The translations under genes were made by a program, and so were the position numbers. From an uncultured Veillonellaceae bacterium (GTDB lineage: Bacteria; Bacillota; Negativicutes; JARBTT01): DNA of 64,000 nt. The stretch is taken from contig CAWDTA010000005.1 in assembly GCA_963805085.1 (NCBI GenBank), forward strand, positions 32,001 to 96,000, in the 5' to 3' direction. The notes beneath the pieces were generated by a model that saw nothing but the letters and a program-made list of their open reading frames with translations, ran no database searches and was not told the DNA's origin. Positions 49,513 to 60,019 of this stretch are shown one piece after another. Numbering within the stretch: the first letter of the stretch is position 1; the number at the start of each line of letters is the position of its first letter.

Positions 49513-49926
49513 ATGGTAAAACGTTATTATGAATGGAGCATGATTATCATCCGTGTTTCACTAGGCATAATTTTTCTAGCGCATGGAGTGCAAAAATTAT
49601 CTGGAATGGACGGTATTGTTCAATGGTTTGGCTCAATTGGGTTACCACCCGTACTTGCCTATGTGGTAGCTACCATTGAGACTGTGGGCGGGGCATTCTT
49701 GATCCTAGGATTGTTTACACGAGTTGCAGCCGCTGGAATTTTGTTTGTTATGCTAGGCGCAATTTTTTCGGTCAAACTTAGCAAAGGATTTATTGGCGGA
49801 TATGAGTTTGATGTATCGCTACTAGCGATGGCATTGTCATTGATTTTATCAGGAAGTAACACTTTTTCACTAGGAAATCTATTTAGTTCATCAATAGCAA
49901 GTTCTTCTGCAAAGAAAAACGGCTAA
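49513..49926 (+). CDS. DoxX family membrane protein
   Basis: RVSLGIIFLAHGVQK, GLFTR, GGYEF. Confidence 0.9.
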   Translation: MVKRYYEWSMIIIRVSLGIIFLAHGVQKLSGMDGIVQWFGSIGLPPVLAYVVATIETVGGAFLILGLFTRVAAAGILFVMLGAIFSVKLSKGFIGGYEFDVSLLAMALSLILSGSNTFSLGNLFSSSIASSSAKKNG

Positions 49927-49966
49927 TCATGATATAATCTAAAATATATAAAGGAGGTTTTTCTCA

Positions 49967-50089
49967 ATGGCACAATTAGGCGAAGTATTAGTTTGCGAGC
50001 TCTGTGGAAATGAAGTGACTGTCACTAAAGCTGGCGGCAACCCAGAAATTCACTGCTGCGGTCAGGTAATGAAGAAAAAAAACAAATAA
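49967..50089 (+). CDS. Standalone desulforedoxin-like FeS4 protein, 40 aa (absent from ORF track)
   Basis: MAQLGEVLVCELCGNEVTVTKAGGNPEIHCCGQVMKKKNK; AAGGAGG RBS. Confidence 0.85.
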   Translation: MAQLGEVLVCELCGNEVTVTKAGGNPEIHCCGQVMKKKNK

Positions 50090-50092
50090 AAA

Positions 50093-50143
50093 ATGAGGGC
50101 AACCAATAGAAGAGATATACTTCGTTGGTTGCCCTCATCTTTT
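50093..50143. terminator. Bidirectional terminator
   Basis: atgagggcaaccaa…ttggttgccctcat between convergent genes. Confidence 0.8.
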
Positions 50144-50150
50144 ATTTTGA

Positions 50151-50960
50151 CTACATTCTTAAAAACTTCATTAAACAATAGTTAAATCTATCAAGTTCAT
50201 CATAGAAGAGACCATGCCCACTATATTCAAAAGGTATTAACATCGAACTTTCGATATAATGATGCATTTCTTCAGCGGAGGGGAAAGGCACGATTTGGTC
50301 ATGAATAGCGTGGAATATACCTGTTGGAACAAATATTCGCTGTGCATCTTTCCTTAAATCTTCGTCACGAAGAGATATTGCCGTCATAGCGGTTGCATGG
50401 CCGGAGGCTTCTAGAGCAAGTCCATTGAACCAATTCTTAAACTCATTACTTAGCTTGCTTGCAAAAAATTTCTTACCAAAATCGCTTATCATCTTCGGAC
50501 GGTCAGTATAGGTTTGCCATATTATCTTATCAACTTCCTGAATAGAAAGCCCAAAGGGATAATCCATGCGCTTAGTAAATAGAGGCACTGCCGCACTTAC
50601 TAAGGCGAGCTTTGATACGCCGTAGCTCGAATGACGGTTCATATATCTTACGGCGATGGCTCCTCCCATTGAAAATCCTAAGAGAGTTATATCGTGGAGA
50701 TTTAGGGCTCCAATGACTGAGCGAACATCATCTGCCAATTGATCATAGCAATACCCTTCCCACGGGCTGTCGGATTTGCCAAAACCCCTTATATCTATAC
50801 TAATACAGCGAAATCCATATTTGGGGAGATGGTTAAATTGATATTCAAACATTTTGTGGCTTGACGGCCAGCCGTGAAGGAACAATACAGTTTCTCCATT
50901 ACAAGGATTTAAGTCATTCACGAAAATCCGGACGCCCTTTTCTACCTCAATATAGCCCAC
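50151..50960 (-). CDS. Alpha/beta hydrolase (non-heme haloperoxidase-like)
   Basis: LHGWP, RGFGKS, GFSMGG, D…SGHG; GTG 50960 after GAGGTG. Confidence 0.88.
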   Translation of the reverse strand: MGYIEVEKGVRIFVNDLNPCNGETVLFLHGWPSSHKMFEYQFNHLPKYGFRCISIDIRGFGKSDSPWEGYCYDQLADDVRSVIGALNLHDITLLGFSMGGAIAVRYMNRHSSYGVSKLALVSAAVPLFTKRMDYPFGLSIQEVDKIIWQTYTDRPKMISDFGKKFFASKLSNEFKNWFNGLALEASGHATAMTAISLRDEDLRKDAQRIFVPTGIFHAIHDQIVPFPSAEEMHHYIESSMLIPFEYSGHGLFYDELDRFNYCLMKFLRM

Positions 50961-51131
50961 TATGGCAACACCTCGCTTACCTGTCGTTATAATCTTAATA
51001 TAGGATATGAAAAGAGACATAATATGGTACCTCATTTTTATGGTCATATGTAACAACGGGAAGCATACGATGCATTTGCAAGATATTCTGGCGACAATGA
51101 TGCCCATTATTGTGCTTAGTCGATATAAATA

Positions 51132-51160
51132 TTGACATAGGCGTATAGTTGCTATATACT
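51132..51160 (+). promoter_or_regulatory. Sigma-A promoter overlapped by a gtatag-N3-ctata palindrome (second copy 51661-51677)
   Basis: TTGACA-17-TATACT. Confidence 0.75.
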
Positions 51161-51166
51161 TTTGTC

Positions 51167-51643
51167 ATGATAAATATGAATGATTTACATGAATTAAGAA
51201 TTAGTTATTCACTATTAAGAGTAGTATACAGGTTTTTTGAAATTAATAAAGAAACTCGTTATCTTGGTACTGATGTACCGCTATTTCCTTCGGAAGTTCA
51301 TATGATTAAAGCGATCAAACAAAATGATGGGATACATGTAACTGGTCTGGCCAATATTCTAAAGGTAACTAAGGGCGCGGTCTCTCAGATTATAATGAAG
51401 CTTGAAAGGAAAGGTTTAATTCGAAAAGAAAAGGATATAAATAATCAATCAAGGCTTGTCCTAAAATTAACTGCTAAAGGTGAACTAGCCTGTAGTAATC
51501 ATGAAAAATTTCATAAGAAAATTGATGCTATGGTAAATGAATTAGTTAAAGATGCATCTGAGGAAAATGTTAAGTTTTTCAAAGATACTTTGGTTGCTTT
51601 AGAAGAAAAACTGGAGCTTTTAAAAAAGGAAATTGATAAATAA
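51167..51643 (+). CDS. MarR-family regulator, probably leaderless
   Basis: SEVHMI, VTKGAVSQ, LTAKG. Confidence 0.88.
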   Translation: MINMNDLHELRISYSLLRVVYRFFEINKETRYLGTDVPLFPSEVHMIKAIKQNDGIHVTGLANILKVTKGAVSQIIMKLERKGLIRKEKDINNQSRLVLKLTAKGELACSNHEKFHKKIDAMVNELVKDASEENVKFFKDTLVALEEKLELLKKEIDK

Positions 51644-51719
51644 AAATTTTTTAAACAAAGTGTATAGTATCTATACATAAAGATAAGAACTGTATTTCAT
51701 TGAAAGGAAGGATAAAACA

Positions 51720-53081
51720 ATGGATAGAAAAGATCAAAAAATTAAGCTGATGGCTGAGGAAAAGATTCCGAAAGTTTTATTGAAGTTTAGCGTACCTGTA
51801 ATTATCGGTATGCTGGTAACTGCTTTTTACAATGTTATCGATGCTATGTTTGTAGGGGGATTAGGAACAAGCGCCATAGGAGCGGTATCAATCGCGTTTC
51901 CGATTTCGATGTTTCTCATTGGGTTAGGTTTAACTTTTGGTAGCGGAGCGTCTTCCTATATTTCAAGGTTGTTAGGTCAAGGGGATAGTATAGAGGCAAA
52001 TCGGACGGCTTCAACAGCTTTTTTTAGCAGCTTATTTATCGGAGGGATTACGGTAACAATATTATTGTACTTTTTGGATAATGTTTTATTATCTTTTGGT
52101 ACTACTGCAACGATATTGCCGTATGCCAAGGATTTTGCCTTTATATTTATTGCTGGTTCCATTCTAAGTATCATCAATGTAACCATGAATAATATAGCAA
52201 TATCTGAAGGTGCTGCCAAACTAAGCATGACGGCTATGATAGCAGGGGCAGTCATCAATATAATTTTAGAACCGCTTTTTATTTATACCTTTGCCTGGGG
52301 AATAAAAGGAGCAGCGATTGCTAATGTAGTGGCTCAGAGTATAACTACTTTTTTATATTTGCGATATTTTGGGGGCAATAAAAGTTATGTGAAAATAGCG
52401 TTTCAATATTTTGTTTTTGATAAAGGAATATATTCTCAAATATTAAAAGTAGGAATTCCACTTCTGATTTATCAAATCTTAACAAGTGCCTCGATGGGAT
52501 TAACAAATGCAGCTGCTAGTAATTTTGGTGATGCTGCAGTGGCTGCCATGGGGATTGTTACTAGAGTCTTTGCCATAGTGACATATGTGGTTTTTGGCTA
52601 CTCAAAAGGGTTTCAGCCACTTGCTGGATATAATTATGGTGCAAAAAAATTTGACAGATTAAAAGAAGCAGTTAGTGTTTCTCTTAAATGGACTACCTGG
52701 TTTTGTGGAATCAGTGCAGTGTTGATCATAGTTTTTTCAAATTCAATTGTTGCTTTGTTCAGTAATGATAGTGCGGTTATTGCTATTGGCAGTAAAGCTT
52801 TGATCGCTAATAGCATTATATTTATTTCCTTTGGCTTTCAAACGATATATATATCCTTATTTTTAGCACTTGGCAAAGCAAAAGAGGGTGGAGTGCTAAG
52901 TATAGGAAGACAAGGAATATTTTTTATTCCTGTTATTTTGATATTGCCGTCAATCATAGGTATAGACGGCGTCATTTATACTCAATTGATCGCTGATTTA
53001 TTAACCACAATACTAACGGCAATATTGGCGGTGAGTTTAAAGAAAGAGATTAACGGTTTCAAATTCAAAGAGATTAAGTAA
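51720..53081 (+). CDS. MATE efflux transporter (MepA-like)
   Basis: YNVID, GAAIA, GYNYGA, multiple TM segments. Confidence 0.92.
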   Translation: MDRKDQKIKLMAEEKIPKVLLKFSVPVIIGMLVTAFYNVIDAMFVGGLGTSAIGAVSIAFPISMFLIGLGLTFGSGASSYISRLLGQGDSIEANRTASTAFFSSLFIGGITVTILLYFLDNVLLSFGTTATILPYAKDFAFIFIAGSILSIINVTMNNIAISEGAAKLSMTAMIAGAVINIILEPLFIYTFAWGIKGAAIANVVAQSITTFLYLRYFGGNKSYVKIAFQYFVFDKGIYSQILKVGIPLLIYQILTSASMGLTNAAASNFGDAAVAAMGIVTRVFAIVTYVVFGYSKGFQPLAGYNYGAKKFDRLKEAVSVSLKWTTWFCGISAVLIIVFSNSIVALFSNDSAVIAIGSKALIANSIIFISFGFQTIYISLFLALGKAKEGGVLSIGRQGIFFIPVILILPSIIGIDGVIYTQLIADLLTTILTAILAVSLKKEINGFKFKEIK

Positions 53082-53156
53082 TTTTGACCGCCAGGCTTTG
53101 GCAGAGTTGATGGCAGAATATATATTGATATTATTTACCATATATGATATATTTTT

Positions 53157-53190
53157 ATTGTAAACTTAAAATTTATTGATGGTTTACAAT
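53157..53190. promoter_or_regulatory. BirA operator
   Basis: attgtaaac-N16-gtttacaat upstream of bioH-bioC. Confidence 0.85.
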
Positions 53191-53212
53191 AGATATAACG
53201 AGAGGTAATGTT

Positions 53213-53902
53213 ATGCTTTTCTTTATTCACGGGTGGGCGTCGACTCCTATGGTTTGGTCGAATTTATCTGACAGAAAAGATTGTTATTTTTACGATTCTT
53301 CTACCTATCCCGATTATCAAGAGTTATCTAAAACTTTTATAGATGTAACCGACAAAACCGATTCTCCTCATATACTTGTCGGCTGGTCATTAGGCGGAAT
53401 GTTAGCCTTACAGTTAGCTTTTGATTTCCCCAAAAAAATTGATAAACTCATCTTAATTTCATCTACAGCAAAGTTTACAGCAGATGATTCTTATACTGCG
53501 GGTATTCATCCGAGTATCGTTAAAAATCTTGCTAGAAAAATAAATTCAGATAGTATTGCTGAACAAAAAAACTTTTACAAGCTTATGTTTTCCAAACAAG
53601 AGGATCATGCTTGCAAGGAATTTTTAGATGAATCAGCCGAAAATATAGTAACAAAAAATATTTTAAGTCTAAAAAATGGTTTGCAATATTTATTAGATAC
53701 AGATTTAAGAAAATTATTATCATCAATCAATGTTCAAACAAATATTATTCATGGTACAGATGATAGTATCTGCCCTTTTAGTGCAGCACAATATCTAGCC
53801 AATCATATTGCTGAATCTACTCTGTCAGTTATACCAGGAGCAGGACATATTCCTTTTTATACTCAAGAGGAAACCTGTAAGAAATTAATATTTAATATGT
53901 AA
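53213..53902 (+). CDS. bioH: Pimeloyl-ACP methyl ester esterase
   Basis: IHGW, GWSLGG, HGTDD, GAGHIPF; BirA site and bioC adjacent. Confidence 0.8.
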   Translation: MLFFIHGWASTPMVWSNLSDRKDCYFYDSSTYPDYQELSKTFIDVTDKTDSPHILVGWSLGGMLALQLAFDFPKKIDKLILISSTAKFTADDSYTAGIHPSIVKNLARKINSDSIAEQKNFYKLMFSKQEDHACKEFLDESAENIVTKNILSLKNGLQYLLDTDLRKLLSSINVQTNIIHGTDDSICPFSAAQYLANHIAESTLSVIPGAGHIPFYTQEETCKKLIFNM

Positions 53903-53935
53903 CATATAATATTATTAGAAATAACAGGTGATTAA

Positions 53936-54748
53936 ATGATAGATAAAAAACAAGTTGTTAAACATTTTTCGAGTGCTGCAAAATCATATGATGACTATGC
54001 AACTGTCCAGAAGAAAATGGCTAGTGACTTAGCGAAAATAGTAAATACTCATGGAGATTTTAAGAATATTTTAGAAATAGGCTGCGGAACAGGATTTTTT
54101 ACAAAAATAATAGCAAATCAATATCCAAAATCAAAAATTATGGTTACAGATATATCTCCGGACATGCTCGCTGCCGCAAAGGAAAACCTAGCTTCTTATC
54201 ATAATATTTCTTATCAATTAATGGATGGAGAAAAGATTAATTTCAACCAAAAATTTGATCTCATTATCTCTAATGCAGTTTTTCAATGGTTTACTAATTA
54301 TGAATGCGCTTTTCAATGTTTTCATGATCATCTAGTACCAAATGGATATTTGATGTATACAACCTTTGGGGTAAAAACTTTTACAGAACTTCATACTTCT
54401 TTTCAACATGCATTCAAATTAAGTCATATTGAAAAAGAAGCGCACCATGGACCCCAATTTAAAGATATCAACTTTTTGGAATGCATAGCAAGTCAATCTG
54501 GATTTACGGGTTATCATTTGGAAGAAAATCATCGTGATTTTTTCCAGAATCCTAAAGAATTTTTACATACAATAAAACGTGTTGGTGCTAATAACGCATC
54601 ATCTGCAAAGGATATGTTATTAAGTCGAAAAGTTATGTTGAAAATGCTGCAATATTATCAAAATAACTATACGCAAAACCAACAAGTGTATGCTACGTAT
54701 CATATAATATACGCTTGTCAGCAACGGTTTGAGGCTGCTAAATTATAA
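53936..54748 (+). CDS. bioC: Malonyl-ACP O-methyltransferase
   Basis: FSSAAKSYDDYATVQ, LEIGCGTG, SNAVFQW, TFGVKTFTEL. Confidence 0.9.
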   Translation: MIDKKQVVKHFSSAAKSYDDYATVQKKMASDLAKIVNTHGDFKNILEIGCGTGFFTKIIANQYPKSKIMVTDISPDMLAAAKENLASYHNISYQLMDGEKINFNQKFDLIISNAVFQWFTNYECAFQCFHDHLVPNGYLMYTTFGVKTFTELHTSFQHAFKLSHIEKEAHHGPQFKDINFLECIASQSGFTGYHLEENHRDFFQNPKEFLHTIKRVGANNASSAKDMLLSRKVMLKMLQYYQNNYTQNQQVYATYHIIYACQQRFEAAKL

Positions 54749-55187
54749 GAATAGAACTATAATATTTTATGTAACTATTATTCAATATTGGTGATGGTTG
54801 CGCCGTCAAGGGAATAATTGAGTCATAGAAATTGTCAGTTTGTAATATCTTATAAACAAGCGATACTGATTCATACTTGACAAAATAAGTAAATGAATAT
54901 ATTCTTATTTTGGATATATTATGAAGTTTTAAAGAGAATAGTTGAATCAGAGCAGCGTTGCTTTATGCCGTGACCGTGGCAGGAGTGGCGGCTTTTTTAT
55001 GAAATGGTCACAGAAGGAGCATTTCAAGTCGATAGTAAAGAAGATGATCTATGGAAAAGAAATCTATAAGTAAATAGGCATATTGTTGATGAGACTGCCG
55101 TAAAAATCAATAAAAATGTCTTGAAAATGGGAGGAGGTTAAAATCCAAAATACTATATCAATAATAAAGAATAAAAGGGGAGTACAT

Positions 55188-57236
55188 ATGAAACAAGTAG
55201 ATTTTAAGAATCATGACATACAATTACCAGAACTTACTCTTCGGGGAATGCTCTTGGGGATGTTCATTACGGTGATCTTTACAGCATCTAATGTTTACTT
55301 AGGGTTGAAAGTAGGTCTTACATTTTCATCTTCTATTCCAGCGGCGGTTATTTCTATGGCAATTTTGAAGATGTTCCAAGGGTCTAATATTTTAGAAAAT
55401 AATATGGTACAGACACAAGCATCAGCAGCAGGTACGCTTTCGGCAGTTATATTTATTATTCCTGGTTTGCTGATGATTGGCTATTGGCAGGGTTTCCCTT
55501 TCTGGCAAACATTGATGATTTGTGCGTGTGGCGGTAGCCTCGGGGTGCTATTTACGATTCCGTTACGTCGGGCGATGATCGTAAACAGTGACTTACCTTA
55601 TCCAGAGGGCGTGGCAGCGGCTGAAATTTTGAAAGTGGGTAGCGGTAGCGCTGAAAAAGCTGGGGAAAACGGGATAAAAGATATTATGGCTGGTGGTGTT
55701 GTCGCAGCTATTATTAGTTTATGCTCGAATGGTTTGATGATTATGTCCTCGGGGGTTAGCTATTGGTTTTCTTTCGGGAAAATTACTTCACAGATACCGC
55801 TTGGGTTTTCTTCCGCACTTTTGGGTGCAGGTTATTTAATTGGTATTGGTAGTGGTGTGGCTATGCTCGTGGGGATGGCGTTGTCCTGGGGCGTATTTTT
55901 ACCGTGGCTTACATCAATGCTGTCTCCGGCAGCTGGGCAGAGTGCTAGTGCATTTGCCTCGAGTGTGTGGGCGCAAAAAGTGCGACTTATGGGGGCTGGT
56001 GTAATTGGTATTGCTGCAATATGGACGCTGATTACGCTTGCAAAACCAATTATCGACGGTATGCGTATTTCGATACAAGCAATGAAGAGTTCACAAACAG
56101 AGAAGAGTCTGCATCGCATGGATACAGATTTATCGCCTAAAACGACTGCGATGGTTTTTGGTGCTATCGTTGTTGGTTTATTGGGCACGTTTTATTCCTT
56201 TATTGCAGATGCCAACTTGCCGACAGGTACCGCTTGGACCTTTATTATCATAGGTGTTGTTGTGGCTATCTGTATGGGCTTCTTTGTAGCTGCAGCATGT
56301 GGTTACATGGCAGGCTTAATTGGTACCTCAGCTAGTCCGATTTCGGGGATTGGTATTTTGGGGATTATTACATCCTCATTGGTCGTATTGGGCATTGGTA
56401 CAGCAGTTGGTCTTTTTAATACGGCAATCGGGATCAAATTTGCCATAGCTTTAGCAATTTTCATGACGAGTGTTATTGTTAGTATTGCGGCTATTTCAAA
56501 TGACAATATGCAGGATTTGAAGACAGGGTATCTTGTCGGCGCTACACCATGGAAACAACAGGTGGCATTACTACTCGGGAGTATTATCGGGGCTTTTGCG
56601 ATTGCACCAGTTTTGAATTTATTGTATCAAGCGTATGGTTTTGCTGGTGCTATGCCACGCGTTGGTATGGACGAAGCGCAAGCATTGTCAGCGCCGCAGG
56701 CAACTTTGATGACTACGATTGCGCAAGGTATTTTTAGTCATAATTTGGATTGGAATTACATTATCACTGGCATAGGTGCTGGAATTGCGATCATTATTGT
56801 TGATGTATTATTGAAGAAAAACTCGGCAAGCTACTCTTTACCACCTTTAGCTGTAGGTTTGGGAATTTATTTGCCGCCTACCTTGGTAATGCCGCTTGTG
56901 ATGGGGGCTGTAACGAGTTACTTTGTGCACAGGTATCTTCAAAATAGGGTAATAGAGCAAAAAGTAGAAAACAAGGAAGAAGCTGTGGAAAATTGTAACC
57001 GCCATGGGGTGCTTTTTGCCTCTGGTCTTATTGTTGGGGAAAGTTTAATGGGAGTAATCATTGCGATCATTATTGTATTTTCGGTAACCGGTGGCGGCAG
57101 CGATGCACCACTGGCCATGGTAGGCAAAGAATTTGGCCCTACAGCAGATTGGCTCGGATTGATCGGCTTCATCGCGATGATTGCGATTCTTGTTTACCGC
57201 GTGATCAGTGCAAAGTTCCAAACGAATCAGCAATAA
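55188..57236 (+). CDS. OPT-family oligopeptide transporter
   Basis: ELTLRG, YLGLKVG, LPYPEG, QDLKTG, APQATLM. Confidence 0.93.
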   Translation: MKQVDFKNHDIQLPELTLRGMLLGMFITVIFTASNVYLGLKVGLTFSSSIPAAVISMAILKMFQGSNILENNMVQTQASAAGTLSAVIFIIPGLLMIGYWQGFPFWQTLMICACGGSLGVLFTIPLRRAMIVNSDLPYPEGVAAAEILKVGSGSAEKAGENGIKDIMAGGVVAAIISLCSNGLMIMSSGVSYWFSFGKITSQIPLGFSSALLGAGYLIGIGSGVAMLVGMALSWGVFLPWLTSMLSPAAGQSASAFASSVWAQKVRLMGAGVIGIAAIWTLITLAKPIIDGMRISIQAMKSSQTEKSLHRMDTDLSPKTTAMVFGAIVVGLLGTFYSFIADANLPTGTAWTFIIIGVVVAICMGFFVAAACGYMAGLIGTSASPISGIGILGIITSSLVVLGIGTAVGLFNTAIGIKFAIALAIFMTSVIVSIAAISNDNMQDLKTGYLVGATPWKQQVALLLGSIIGAFAIAPVLNLLYQAYGFAGAMPRVGMDEAQALSAPQATLMTTIAQGIFSHNLDWNYIITGIGAGIAIIIVDVLLKKNSASYSLPPLAVGLGIYLPPTLVMPLVMGAVTSYFVHRYLQNRVIEQKVENKEEAVENCNRHGVLFASGLIVGESLMGVIIAIIIVFSVTGGGSDAPLAMVGKEFGPTADWLGLIGFIAMIAILVYRVISAKFQTNQQ

Positions 57237-57306
57237 TTTCGACATAAATACATGGTAAAATAAGGTGGAATGATATTTAGCTTATTCGTGCGATATATCT
57301 TTCATC

Positions 57307-57348
57307 AAAGAAAACTGGCTTCGCTTTTTAGCGGAGCCAGTTTTCTTT
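57307..57348 (+). terminator. Intrinsic terminator
   Basis: aaagaaaactggcttcgct…agcggagccagttttcttt. Confidence 0.8.
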
Positions 57349-57572
57349 GCATACGTCTAGCTTTGTTCGTAGAGTAGTGATAAAAGATGTCCTATTTTCT
57401 TAATAAGATGATATACTTAAAGTAAGTATGTTGAAATATGTCGAAAGAGATGAGAGTGGATGTAATCACTCTCTAATTTTTGTATGTATAGTTTTATACT
57501 AATATTTAGGGGATATATCTTACGGTTTACTTAACTTATGATTTTCGCTTTTCAGTACTTATAATAATTTTC

Positions 57573-57631
57573 GGAAAATTCAGCATACTAAAAATTTAAA
57601 AGCTATTTGTGGAAAAATTAGTATACTAAAA
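57573..57631 (+). promoter_or_regulatory. Direct repeat, candidate activator-binding sites
   Basis: ggaaaattcagcatactaaaa / ggaaaaattagtatactaaaa. Confidence 0.4.
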
Positions 57632-57722
57632 TGTAGTTAGCATTGTGGTAATGCTTTGGTATTTTTGGAGTTAGTAAAGAATGTTATGATGAATTTGTAA
57701 ATAAGAACGGGAGGAAATTCAA

Positions 57723-59528
57723 ATGAAAGATTTACAACAACGGCAAAAACAAATTTTGAATCATTTGTTGCAGATAGAAGATTTTGAACCTGTTAAAAAA
57801 TTTGCCGCTGTGTTGCAGTGCTCGACTAAGACAGTGCGAAATGATTTGATGATTTTAGAAGAATGTGGAGTTGTTTTAGAAAAAATAGCTGGAAGAGGCG
57901 TTCGTATTTTACCCTCAAAACGGAGTACTGCAGAAGTTCTTATACAAGAACCTAGTATTCTGTATGATCTATCAATAGATCACCGGAGAATGAAAATCCT
58001 ATTTGAGCTACTTGAAGGAGCAAAAGATAAACTATCTATTCAGTCTTTATCAAATAAATATTTTGTAAGTAAGACTTCAATCGTGAATGATTTAAAAGTG
58101 ATTGAAGAAAAATTAGCAGAGTATAATTTACATCTTAAGAAGGATACGCAGGGAACACAGCTCGTTGGTTCAGAGATGGACATTCGTAAGGCCATGGTTG
58201 ATATGTTAAATACGCTGATAAGTTCAAAAAGTATGACTTTTCAAGAAGAAAATTTCCGAATTAACCGTGAAACGTTATTGGAATTGGAAGAGCATTTTGG
58301 AAAATATAATGTTAAACAAGTTAAGGAAATTATTGAAGAAGCAGAACAACTTTTAAATTATAGAATAACTGAGCCTTACTACATTAATCTTGTGACACAT
58401 ATTTTAATTTTAATTCATAGAACTAAAAACGGAAAAACGATTTATTCAGAATTGAAAGAGGAAGGTAGATCTTGTGATCCAGCGTTTTATGAAGTATCCG
58501 AAAAAATAGCGAATAGGATTGAAACTATATTTTCAATTCAGATAAATCAAGAAGAAGTCTTTTATATTTACCGATATTTGATGTCTTCGGGTGGAGTTGT
58601 TGTACAGGAATTTAATTCGAAAAAATCAAGCCAAATTGATGAATCTTTACACGAAATAGCAATCGAAATGATTCATTTAAGTTCTAAAATCTTCCCGATT
58701 AAATTTACTTTTAGCCAATCTTTGTATAATGATCTAATTCTTCATTTAAAACCGATGATGAATCGGATTGAGTATAAAATTCAAATCAAAAATCCGTTAT
58801 TGGAGGAAATAAAAGATGAATTTCCCGAATTGATGATTTTATTAAAGCTAGTTATCTTAAAAATAAGACTAAAATATAAGTTGCCTCAGATTAGTGAAGA
58901 TGAAATTAGTTATATCGCTGTTTATTTTCAAGCAGCGATCGAAGAAGTAATCAGCAAAAAGCGAGTCATGATTGTTTGTTCCACAGGGGTTGGAACCTCA
59001 CACTTATTGGAAAAACGAGTGAAAAATCATTTTCCTGAGTGGAATATTGTGGAGGTTATCTCTGCTAAACAATTAGAGGGAAAAAGAAACCTAGATCATA
59101 TTGATTTAATTATATCAACGGTCAAACTCAATGTTCCCTTAAGTAAACCAGTGGCTTATGTGAGTGCCTTATTTAATAAAGCTGATGAAAAGAGAATCAG
59201 AGCATCCTTAGTGAAAGAATGTCAGGATTTAGTGATTGAAGAAAAAAAGGCGGCACTCATTAAAAATGTTTTTTTAGAGAGTGTAACAAAGTTTTATCAG
59301 GATGTCTCCCAGGCAAAATGTGTTGATTGTATCGTAATAAACAACTTGCTGGAGTTATGTGTATATGAAAAGAAAGATTTGGAAAAAGAAGAGCTTTGTA
59401 GTCAGATGGCTTGTCAAATTCGAGGGAAAAATAGAGTGAAATTGATCGTTTTAATTAGAACAAATGAGGATTTATCTGAAAAGATGCTGAAAGAAGTATA
59501 CTACTTTTTAACACATGAAATGGAATAA
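57723..59528 (+). CDS. PRD-domain transcriptional activator (MtlR/ManR/LicR type)
   Basis: HTH STKTVRNDL, second HTH, two PRDs, EIIB CSTGVGTS. Confidence 0.9.
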   Translation: MKDLQQRQKQILNHLLQIEDFEPVKKFAAVLQCSTKTVRNDLMILEECGVVLEKIAGRGVRILPSKRSTAEVLIQEPSILYDLSIDHRRMKILFELLEGAKDKLSIQSLSNKYFVSKTSIVNDLKVIEEKLAEYNLHLKKDTQGTQLVGSEMDIRKAMVDMLNTLISSKSMTFQEENFRINRETLLELEEHFGKYNVKQVKEIIEEAEQLLNYRITEPYYINLVTHILILIHRTKNGKTIYSELKEEGRSCDPAFYEVSEKIANRIETIFSIQINQEEVFYIYRYLMSSGGVVVQEFNSKKSSQIDESLHEIAIEMIHLSSKIFPIKFTFSQSLYNDLILHLKPMMNRIEYKIQIKNPLLEEIKDEFPELMILLKLVILKIRLKYKLPQISEDEISYIAVYFQAAIEEVISKKRVMIVCSTGVGTSHLLEKRVKNHFPEWNIVEVISAKQLEGKRNLDHIDLIISTVKLNVPLSKPVAYVSALFNKADEKRIRASLVKECQDLVIEEKKAALIKNVFLESVTKFYQDVSQAKCVDCIVINNLLELCVYEKKDLEKEELCSQMACQIRGKNRVKLIVLIRTNEDLSEKMLKEVYYFLTHEME

Positions 59529-59546
59529 AAATGGGGGGGATATTAA

Positions 59547-60002
59547 ATGGATCTATCAACAATTATCGACGAAAATCGAATCAATTTAGAACTAGATGTG
59601 GACAATAAAGAGGAAGCTTTAGATGCATTGGCTGATATGCTAATAAAATCTGGGGTATTATCATCAAAGGAGGGGTTCATCAAAGATGTTTATTTGAGAG
59701 AAGCAGAAGGACAAACTGGTATAGGTGGCGGAATCGCAATTCCGCACGGCAAATCAAAGAGTGTACTGAAAACATCATTAGCTATTGGAAGGACTAAAAA
59801 ACCTATTTTATGGGAGTCTCTAGATGATGAACCAATACAATGTATTATTTTATTTGCGGTAAGAGATGTGGACAGTACAACGGTACATGTAAAGTTATTG
59901 GGTGAGGTTGCGGGTAAATTAGCTGATGAAGAAATTGTTGAAAAACTGCTAACCAGTCGAAAGCCGAAAGAAATTATTTCTATTTTCAGTCAAGACAATT
60001 AG
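59547..60002 (+). CDS. PTS EIIA, fructose family
   Basis: REAEGQTGIG..IAIPHGK. Confidence 0.92.
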   Translation: MDLSTIIDENRINLELDVDNKEEALDALADMLIKSGVLSSKEGFIKDVYLREAEGQTGIGGGIAIPHGKSKSVLKTSLAIGRTKKPILWESLDDEPIQCIILFAVRDVDSTTVHVKLLGEVAGKLADEEIVEKLLTSRKPKEIISIFSQDN

Positions 60003-60019
60003 AAAATGGAGGGATAAAC

